Origin: Eledone cirrhosa
Taxonomy: Eukaryota
Direction of reading: 5' to 3'
Assembly: GCA_964016885.1 (NCBI GenBank)
Contig: OZ024740.1
Coordinates: forward strand, 228,842,001 to 228,906,000
Length of the DNA: 64,000 bases
Made by a program: the position numbers and the translations under genes. The notes under the pieces are model-generated. The model did no database searches and was not told the DNA's origin. It saw nothing but the letters and a program-made list of their open reading frames with translations. The first letter of the stretch is position 1; each line of letters opens with the position of its first letter. This document shows, one piece after another, positions 54,011 to 64,000 of this stretch.

Positions 54011-55605
54011 TCTGCCACCTTACAATGATATTTTCAGTACAAAAGAACTATTTCTTACATGGCCAATGAGCCAGTGTTTTATTCTGTTTTCTTTTTAATG
54101 TAAATGTAAACAAACTTTACGATTGTTAAATGTTACTCGCAGTCATTGACCTCTTAGTCACATGCGTCATCTCTCACCTTCACCTTATTTAATTTACTGT
54201 AATATTATGGTGATTAATGTTTTGACTGATAGATGTGTGTTTATTCACATATGTTCGTATGTCTGTCTATACAGCTGTACGCCTGTATGGTTGTTATCAA
54301 TTCTCTATTCTTTCCCAATTTTCTTTGTATATATATATAATTTATATATATGCTAGCTAAGCTACCCGGTGATTCTTGGGTATTTTATTAAAGTTAACCC
54401 TAGAGCCGAGGACACCAGAAGTCTCCATTGCTATGTGTTCAAAAACAAACCTGTCAGAGAGCGACCGATATTTGGTGAGTTTACGCTCCTTGGCTCAAAG
54501 TGCGGCAGAGTCTGGGTTAATTAAAATGTTTACACTGTAGCTTTCATCAATGTTAACCTCTGTGGCAGTAGGATCTTGTTTGAGGGAGATTTGTTTTCTA
54601 TTTCTTTTAGGTACACCAACAGTTATAGTGGCTTCCATGACACACATACATACATGTGTGTGTAAGACTGTTCGCTGTGATTTGAAATGGATTTTGCTAA
54701 TATTTCTAGTAGATCGAGGTGTCACATACAACCTTTCCTTTTTGCTTCATACATACTAGCTGAGGTACCCAGCTTCGCCCGGGTAAACAGATGAATTGCT
54801 TTTATTATCAGTATTCATTTCGAGCAATTGTCAAAAAATGACACAATAATAAATATAAAAGATGTCCTTCAATGTAAAAAAGGTCCCTATTTACTCCCTT
54901 CACAACTCTGTGTATGTTAGACTGACAGACAGACACACAGACAGATAAACTGCGTGGCAATTATGGAACGCCGCACGTACACACACATACATGTATGGAA
55001 ACGCGCACACACACGCACCCGTGCACTTACACACACACACACACACATGTTGATAGTTTTTACTTTCTGTGGAACGCTGCACGCCCGCACACACACAAAC
55101 ATACGCGCACGTACATACACATGCACACATGTTAATAGTTATTGCTTTCCTTCCCCTCTTATTTCCACACACATCACACACACACATGTCTCTACACTGA
55201 CACATATACATAGTGTATCCAACACAGCGTTCACTTTGCCTCTCTGTTTCTTACTCTCCCCTCTCACTCTCTCATTGGCATTATGCATATTAATTTAAGT
55301 TTGGCGTCGTTGAGGTGGGCGGAGTCGTTTGAAACCTATGAACCAATGATAATCGAGAATTATGACACACGGAATACTGACATTGTTGAAATTAATATAT
55401 ACTAGCTGACGTACCCAGCTTCGCCCGGGTAAACAGATGATAAGAGAAGACAGGTAAAAGGGAAAATGACTGTATTGGATGTTTGTCTGGTTACAGTATG
55501 AGGTGAGTCCGTGTTGTCTGTGTGATACAAAAAACAGTAAAAGAAATCTTCCAGATATACCAGATTCTTCGTTGTACCGTTTGTGCATAGTATATGAACG
55601 ATTCT

Positions 55606-55733
55606 AGGTGCACCCGCCTAGAATAGTGACCTCTAGGAGATGGTTCATCTTCTGCATGACTGTAAAACGTGTATCATTGCATAGATGTGGTTGTTCCACG
55701 TTTCTCACAAGGATGATGGAAGTTCCAATCTTT
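55606..55733 (-). pseudogene. Helitron PIF1-family helicase relic
   Basis: KIGTSIILVRNVEQPHLCNDTRFTVMQKMNHLLEVTILGG matches the KVG.PI.LLRN...LCNGTR..V......IEA.IL.G motif. Confidence 0.8.
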
Positions 55734-55775
55734 TATATTATATGTAGATATAGATATAGATAATTAATATAAAAG

Positions 55776-55972
55776 ATGATGCCCAGCCAGTTCGTCTTCA
55801 ACCATCGCAGCACGCCGTCGCTGCTTGGCTCCAGTGTTTCGTTGGCGTTGTTCAGCCAGCCCCTCTTCATTCATGGCGGCACGTCATCGCCTCTGAAGTT
55901 CGGCGTTCCGATGGTGCTGTTCGGCCCGTTTTTCTTCATTCCTGGCTGCACCCCGTCGCCGTTGTAGTTCAC
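55776..55972 (-). pseudogene. Probable Helitron RepHel N-terminal repeat relic
   Basis: GC-rich about 69-bp repeats translating ELQRRRGAARNEEKRAEQHHRNAELQRR*RAAMNEEGLAEQRQRN. Confidence 0.5.
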
Positions 55973-56295
55973 TTTTTGATAATGTCGAATTTCTTTTACT
56001 TCTGTGGAACGCTGCACGCACGCACACACAGATAAACATACGCGCACGTACATACACATAAACATACGCGCACGTACATACACACGCACACATGGTAATA
56101 GTTACAGCGTTCACTTTGCCTCTCTGTTTCTTACTCTCCCCTCTCACTCCCTCATTGGCATTATGCATATTAATTTAAGTTTGGCGTCGTTGAGATGGGC
56201 GGAGTCGTTTGAAACATATGAACCAATGATAATCGAGAATTATGACACACGGAATAATGACATTGTTGAAATTAATATATATTAATATATGTATG

Positions 56296-56349
<54 letters not shown>

Positions 56350-56409
56350 CATACATACATGGGACAATAGACTAGGATATATATGTCTCTAACTTAAGTA
56401 CGGTGATAA

Positions 56410-56516
<107 letters not shown>

Positions 56517-56924
56517 TACACACACACACACACACATACACACACACACATGTCTCTAATTTAAGAACGCTGAGAAACACACACGCGCGCGTGCACTCAC
56601 ACACGCTCACATACACAGTCTCATTACGACTTTTCGTGAAAAAGCGAGAGAAAGAGAAGTAAAGTTAAGAAAGGAGTTAGTTAAGAAGCGTTTAAAAAAT
56701 AAATGAACAAAAGTTAGTTATCGAACTATGCTATCATTTTTCTGTTTTCTTTCTCTGTCTTCCCTAACCCCCTCTCTCTCTCTCTTTCTTTGGCACTCTT
56801 TCTCTCGTTTTCGGTACGCCCAACCGACTAACTCACTCGATATGCAAATTAGGCTGCTCAGCCGTAAATATCCATAAGGAAAGTATATACTTTCAAACGT
56901 TCAATCATCTGACAGAAAGGTATA

Positions 56925-56965
56925 CGATGCTGACGATAGCTAATAAGCTTGAAACTAGTGCATCG
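56925..56965 (+). ncRNA. Hammerhead family F (GUG site, probably inactive)
   Basis: CGATG-CTGACGA-tAGC taataa GCTt-GAAAC-TA-GTG-CATCG. Confidence 0.6.
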
Positions 56966-57230
56966 TTCCTTTGTCAGTGTTGAACAAATGGGCGACGATG
57001 GTTGCCGAGCACTGTACGGCGTAATTCGGGCTGTTTGTTTACAAACAAATAGAACGTTATAATAAATGCTCGGTAAACCCATACGTACATATATATATGT
57101 GTGCATGTATGTATATATATACATACATGCTACTGTACGTCTGTACACATATATGTATGTACGTATACATACTTATATTTAGGTATCAGCCGTACTAAGA
57201 GTGAGAAATGAAATTTCGTTTCATTCTTTT

Positions 57231-57273
<43 letters not shown>

Positions 57274-57412
57274 ATAAGAAACGGAGAATCAGTGTTGCGA
57301 CGAATAAAATTTATTAGACATATTACAATCGTTTCACTGGCGACCAGCTGTAAGAGCATCGATTGCTCAAACGGCCTACCGCTTACGGACGCTTTAAGCA
57401 TCCCACACCAAT

Positions 57413-57444
<32 letters not shown>

Positions 57445-57948
57445 TATTCATACATACATACATACATACATACATACATACATACATACATACATACATA
57501 CATACATACATACATACATACATACATAGAAGCTTTCACCGTATTTTGGACTAAAGAAATTTTAGCATGATAGTGGGGTTTAGAAATGGAAAAAAATGAG
57601 TATTTTTTGTATAGAACAAAAAATACTTTACCACTACAACCACCATAATAATCTTGCTTACCCGCTTAAAGTGCTTGCATTACGTGTAACACCCTGCCAC
57701 ACAATAATAATATAAAAATGAGACACACTTGCATGCTCCATGTGTAACTATCGCATACACTACCTACTAGACGTGACTATCTGCCGAATGTATTCTAATT
57801 TTGATTTTGATTTTGATTTTGAATTTGAATTCGTGTGCAAAAATAGTATAGTGTAATATATGTCACTCCACTGTACATCAATATATATGTTACTGTATGT
57901 CTCTTGCGTTGGAAAGGAGGTCAGTTATGTGTACAAACATTGAAAAAT

Positions 57949-57993
57949 GCTCCGAAGATCCCAAGCCTAGGTTTGGATGAAACAATTGTAAGT
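57949..57993 (+). ncRNA. Hammerhead-like motif with CCGAAGA core (family L)
   Basis: GCT-CCGAAGA-TCC..GGAt-GAAAC-AATT-GTA-AGT; diverged homolog at 1333-1377 also has CCGA. Confidence 0.5.
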
Positions 57994-58265
57994 GAATAAA
58001 TGCTTTGAACATAGCTTTGATTCTTGTGAATTCTATATAACTGCTCTGTAGAACAACTGATGTTATTACATTGAGCTATTTATCTTACTGGTAATAAGGT
58101 AGTAATAAATTACTGTCTTTCACTGTTTAGGGTTTAAAATATATAACTATAAAAAGTTTTAATATATACATAACCATAAATAGTATCCCTAATATTATAT
58201 ATATATATATATATAATACATATATATATATATATGTGTGCGTGTGTGTGTATATATATATATAT

Positions 58266-58406
<141 letters not shown>

Positions 58407-58557
58407 AATGTATGAATGTATGTATGTAGACATGTATGTCCGCATATTTGTAATGCGTACGTATGAATGCATGCATGTATTTATGTATGTATGTTCTTCT
58501 GGTTTTATAATTTCACAAAGTTTTGTGTATGTATGTATGTATGTATGTATGTATGTA

Positions 58558-58970
58558 TGGGAGAGATGACCCCTTAGCCTTTGTCAAGGCAGAATTCTAG
58601 GAGAAGGAAAACTCTGATATAACACCTGCAACCCTGATGGTATCCAATGATGTTGAATTGTTCTTCTTTTTGGTAAATATCATCTTGGTTAAGAGAGTGG
58701 GACTGGCTTTGTGCAGTGCCTTTGCTCACTATAAAAGCTTCACGACACAGGCATTGCTTTATATCTGGAGATCTCTCTGCACTTGTCATCACATGGTACC
58801 ATGGGCCCAGCACTATGAGTCAATAATTGTCACAAGTGTAGGGTTTGTACCACAGTTTTCAAGTCGCTGACTGGACTAAAAAGTCACACTTGTTCAGCGC
58901 ATCTGTAGGGGTTCTCCTACATGGATATAAAGTAGTGGCCGTACTCGAAAACGAGTTGGCAGCCACCATG
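58558..58970 (+). mobile_element. RTE-related non-autonomous element in (TATG)n
   Basis: Reverse complement of 13472-13880. Confidence 0.6.
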
Positions 58971-59059
58971 TATGTATGTATGTTTGTATTTATCTATGTG
59001 TGTGTATATGTCGGTATTAGCGTTGGTTTGTAGATTTATAGAATATCTTTAGACCCGAA

Positions 59060-59290
59060 CATGCAAAATATCCTGGAACACAGACTGTGGTCACTACAGC
59101 TTAGGTTGTTATCAACGGTCAACTTACGATCTCTCGTGTTATTTGATACGAGAATTTCCCCCGAGGTAGGAGAGTATTGCTGCTTAAGTACATCCGCTTT
59201 TCCAAAGTTGATTAACTGAAATTTTTCCTTGTTTAGCGGCATATTATTGTTTCCCGCCGATTGGATGTATATGAGTATATCCTTCTAAAA
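59060..59290 (-). mobile_element. CR1/L2-type LINE RT C-terminal fragment
   Basis: [36 protein letters not shown]. Confidence 0.6.
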
Positions 59291-60291
59291 CTTCGTGTCG
59301 TGTGCGTGCGTGTATGTGTGTGTGTGTATGTGTGTACGTGTGTATGTGTGTATGTGTGTATGTGGGTGTGTGTCAATGTAAGTGTATGTGAGAGTGTTTC
59401 ACTGTGTATATATATGTGTGTGTGTATGTGTGTGTGTGTGTGTACGTGTGTATGTGTGTGTGTGGGTGTGTGTCAATGTGAGTGTATGTGAGAGTGTTTC
59501 ACTGTGTGTGTATATATATATATGTGTGTGTATGTGTGTGTGTGTGTACGTGTGTATGTGTGTATGTGGGTGTGTGTCAATGTGAGTGTATGTGAGAGTG
59601 TTTCACTGTGTATATATATATATATATATGTGTGTGTGTATGTGTGTGTGTGTGTACGTGTGTATGTGTGTGTGTGGGTCAATGTGAGTGTATGTGTGTG
59701 AGTGCTTGAACAAGCACTCATGTAGTCACACACACACACATATATATATATATATACACTTTTTGATCACATGTAGATATAGATACATATCGATCACATG
59801 GAAGTCTACACACACACATACATGTATTCCTATGTGTGTCTATGTATGAGTGTGTGTGTATGTGTGTGGCGTGTACGTGTGCGTGCGAGTGTGTGGTTTG
59901 TGTGTGTGTATATGTGTGTCTATGTGAGTGTATATGAGTGTGTCAACGTGTGTCTATGTATGAGTGTGTGGTTACGTGTACGTGTGAGTGTGAGTGTGAG
60001 TGTGAGTGTGTATGTGTGTTTGTGTGCGTATGTGTGTCAATGTGAGTGTATGTGAGAGTCTTCCAATGTGTATATATGTGTGTATGTGTGTGTACGAGTA
60101 CGCGTGTGTGTGTTTGTGTGTGTATATATGTGTGTCAATGTGAGTGTATATGAGAGTTTGTCAATGTGTGTCTATGCATGAGTGTGTGTTTACGTGTACG
60201 TGTGAGTGTGTGTCTGCGTGTATATGTGTGTGTGTGTGTATGTGTGTGTCCATGTGAGTGTATATGAGAGTGTTTCACCGTGTATATATGT

Positions 60292-60334
<43 letters not shown>

Positions 60335-60614
60335 AACAAGCACTCATGTAGTCATACGCACACTTACATATATTTACATTGATGTGATTGCACTCCTCCA
60401 ATCAGGTATAGATAGATATCGATCACATATATTTCTACATATACAGGTTTTATATTTGTGTATAACTCCCTCCCTTTCTCTCCCTCTCTAACTCTCCCCC
60501 TCCTACTCTCCCTCTCAAAGATGTCAACATGAATGGACCTGTTATTTTTATCTAAAGACATTTTTTCCAATTCCATCCCGCCTGTCCCTTCAATCTATCT
60601 AAATTCTCGTTCTT

Positions 60615-60650
60615 TCTTCTGATGAAGGACTAGCGTCCGAAACGTTAAGA
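60615..60650 (+). ncRNA. Minimal hammerhead family H
   Basis: TCTT-CTGATGA-aGGA ctagcg TCC-GAAAC-GTT-AAGA. Confidence 0.7.
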
Positions 60651-60737
60651 CCCTCTTCCTGCTATATCAAGCGTTAACCTAATATATTCCTTTCATATAC
60701 TGTACTGATTGTGTTGTTATTTCTGTTTACCTTTTAT

Positions 60738-60844
<107 letters not shown>

Positions 60845-61073
60845 AGATTTGAATGGATACAGTTTAGTTGAAAGGAATTTATTGACACGTGTTTCTATAA
60901 CAGTTACATAACCTAAAACAGCTGCTATCTACAAACAGCTGCTATGAGCAAACTCTACGTGAGCTGATAATCTACTGTGTGTAATATTTATATTACAACA
61001 CAACGGAAAATACTGTATATATATATATATATACAATATATTAACAAATGGAAACTATATTTATAAAACCATA

Positions 61074-61143
61074 TTTATTTTATTATACATATTTCAAGGG
61101 CCACCAAGGCAAATTATGGTGCGCTTTCATCAGATAAAATAAA
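61074..61143 (-). ncRNA. Hammerhead family C
   Basis: TTTATTTTAT-CTGATGA-AAG..CACCA..TGGTG..CTT-GAAATA-TG-TATA-ATAAAATAAA. Confidence 0.7.
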
Positions 61144-61243
61144 ATACAGATTAGTTTTATAAATAAATATTGACATACCCTGAAAAAAGACAACCTTAAC
61201 GGTGGGGGCTTCCTGGATAGTGGCGATATTAGATTTATTGAGG

Positions 61244-61332
<89 letters not shown>

Positions 61333-61401
61333 AAAAAGAGATGAAATGGAAAATGCAACTGGAGTCTTATTTTTTTTTTAAATATATATATTTATTTGGT
61401 T

Positions 61402-61439
61402 CCTTTACCGGTTTCGCAGTTCTTCTGCTTTTCAAAAGG
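61402..61439 (-). ncRNA. Hammerhead family B, best copy (U3-A8)
   Basis: CCTT-TTGAAAA-GCAG aagaa CTGC-GAAAC-CG-GTA-AAGG. Confidence 0.65.
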
Positions 61440-61479
61440 TGAGTTGAGATGGAGGGTCTGTGGTTTTTCTATATATATA

Positions 61480-62033
61480 TATGCATGTATATATATATAT
61501 ATATATACATACTGCTGTACGTCTGTATACATATATGTATGTACGTGTACATACTTATATTTAAGTAACAGCCGTACTAAGAGTGGGAGGTGAAATTTCG
61601 TTTCGTTTTTTCCGTTTATCGTTTTCGGTGCGCCCGGCCGATTAACCCACTCGATATGCAAATTGGGCTACTCAGCCGTTAATATGCATGAGGTAAGTAT
61701 ATACGTTCCACAATCTGGCAGGAAGGTATACGTTGCTGACGATAGCTAACAAGCTTGAAACTAGTACAGCGTTCCTTTGTCAGTGTTGAACAAACGAGCA
61801 ATGATGGTTGCTAGGCACTACGGCTTAATACGGGATGTTTGTTTACAAACACACCGAGCATTTTAATAAATGTTCGGTGAATCCATACGTGCATATATAT
61901 ATGTGTGCATGTATGTATATATATATACATACTACTGTACGTCTATATACATATATGTATGTACGTGTACATACTTATATTTAAGTAACAGACGTACTAG
62001 GAGTGGGAGGTGAAATTTCGTTTCGTTTTTTCC

Positions 62034-62039
<6 letters not shown>
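61480..62039 (+). mobile_element. TA-flanked about 1.3-mer of a 420-bp unit with a hammerhead at 61731-61771 (family F)
   Basis: Direct repeats end at 61619 and 62039; CGTTG-CTGACGA-tAGC taacaa GCTt-GAAAC-TA-GTA-CAGCG. Confidence 0.75.
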
Positions 62040-62077
<38 letters not shown>

Positions 62078-62390
62078 AACATGGGGAGAAGAATACTGCA
62101 TGGTTGCACATGGATTACATATTATATAATTAGTCCCTCATCAGTGATTTGCCAACCATCATTGGTATTTCATCGCATTATATATATATAGTAATAATAA
62201 TAAATTTGAAGACTAAAATCCAAAGAGGCCACGATAAGGATAAATATATATCAAATATATAAGAACCGGAGAGCAAATATTTATTAAAATAACAGATTAA
62301 AGTTTAAGCAAAGAATCGCTGCTTTCACCCTTAACGGGATCTTCTGTTAAGGGTGAAAACACGGATTTTTGCTTAAACTTTAATCTGTTA

Positions 62391-62449
<59 letters not shown>

Positions 62450-62579
62450 GTATATAACGAAGGAGTTGTGGTAAGGAACCAGATAGACCATAACGCACCA
62501 GAGTACTCAATACTTAGTCCAGAAATAGCCGTCGAAACGGCTTGAGCTCTGCCGTCGGGGTCATACATTTTCCTATATA

Positions 62580-64000
62580 TATATATATATGTGTGTGTCT
62601 GTGTGTGTGTGTGTGTGTGTGTGTATATGCATTTCTGTATGTGTGTACGTATGTATATGAATGCGTATGCACGGTGCGTGTGTCTATGTGTATGCGTGTG
62701 CATGTGTGTGTGTTTGTGTGTGTAAATGTGAGTGTGTGTGCATATGTGTGTCAATGTGCATGTGTATGTGCTTGTACAAACACACACATAGTCCTCCACA
62801 CACACACATACATACACATACATACACACACATACATACACAAATATATACACAAATACATACTCACACAGACACATACACATAATACCCTCACACACTC
62901 ACATACATATACACACACAAACATACACACACATGTATAAACAAATACATACATACACACACATACACATACATACATACATACATACATATACATACAT
63001 ACATAAACACACACACATACATACACATACATACACATACATACACAAATACATACATACACACACATACACATACATACATACATACATACATACACAT
63101 ACATACATAAACACACACATACATACACATACATACACATACATACACATACATACACAAATACATACACACACATACACACATACATAAACACATACAC
63201 ACATACATACATACACATACATACACACATACACACAGACATACACACATACTCACATACACATACACACTTGTTCTATCCCTCATTTAATATACACGTG
63301 CGTGCACGCGTGTGTGTTGCGCGTGCGCGTTTGTATTGTGTGCATGTATGTGTTGTGTGTGCATAAGTGTATGTATGTATGTGTATGTATGTGTGTGTAT
63401 GTGTATATAAGTGTGTGTATAAGTGTATGTATGTATGTGTATGCATGTGTGTGTATACGTGTGTATAAGTATGTGTATGTATGTCTATGTATGTGTATGA
63501 GGTGTGTGTGTATAAGTGTGTGTATGTATGTGTATGTGTGTGTGTATGTGTGTGTATAAGTGTGTGTATGTATGTGTATGTATGTGTATGTATGTGTATG
63601 TATGTGTGTGTATGTATGTGTATGTGTATGTATGTGTGTGTATGTGTATGTGTATGTATGTGTGTGTATGTGTGTGCGCAGGCGTAAAATCTTATTGTTA
63701 ACTTATTTCCAAAAAGGTCCAGCTGTTGCATATTGACTTCTTTCACATACACATACACACCTACTCACACGTATACACACACATATACAAACACACACGT
63801 ACACACACATTCATATACACTTATTCATACAAACACACACACATGCGCAGACACTGATTCACACACATACACATACACACATACACATACACACATACGT
63901 ACACGTATACACGCACGCATATTCGTGTACACTTATTCATATACAAACACACATACATATATATACACACATATACATATATATACACACATACATATAT
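62580..64000. repeat. Degenerate (TG/TATG)n and (CA/CATA)n low-complexity tract
   Basis: Direct. Confidence 0.95.

Larger units (their letters stand above)
54756..56280 (-). mobile_element. Head-to-tail Helitron array
   Basis: Hairpin+CTAG ends at 54756 and 55402; shared 5' segment at 55225-55400 and 56105-56280. Confidence 0.8.

Overview
Eukaryotic, AT-rich, microsatellite-saturated DNA with no intact protein-coding gene. The repeat complement suggests an octopus or other cephalopod (inference). Nearly all ORF-track entries are (TA)n/(CA)n/(TG)n artefacts. Recognisable content: a processed RPL22 pseudogene; a near-full-length disrupted L1/Tx1-type LINE (about 43.4-48.8 kb); RTE and CR1-type LINE fragments; about 20 copies of a tRNA-derived SINE, several with clean target-site duplications (TSDs); Helitrons (nested, tandem, one with a PIF1 helicase relic); and a 5'-truncated Penelope-like element (PLE) with a GIY-YIG relic and 2.3-kb inverted arms. 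The main hidden signal is that many of the short unique islands between (TA)n tracts carry type I hammerhead ribozyme folds (CUGANGA...GAAA..NUH with paired stems and often a palindromic stem III). I counted roughly 25 motifs from about a dozen unrelated families by eye. They include a compensatory U3-A8 core variant, a retrozyme-like unit with two hammerheads 470 nt apart, and palindromes that repeatedly fold back at the ribozyme stem II. All folds were read by eye and no activity has been shown.
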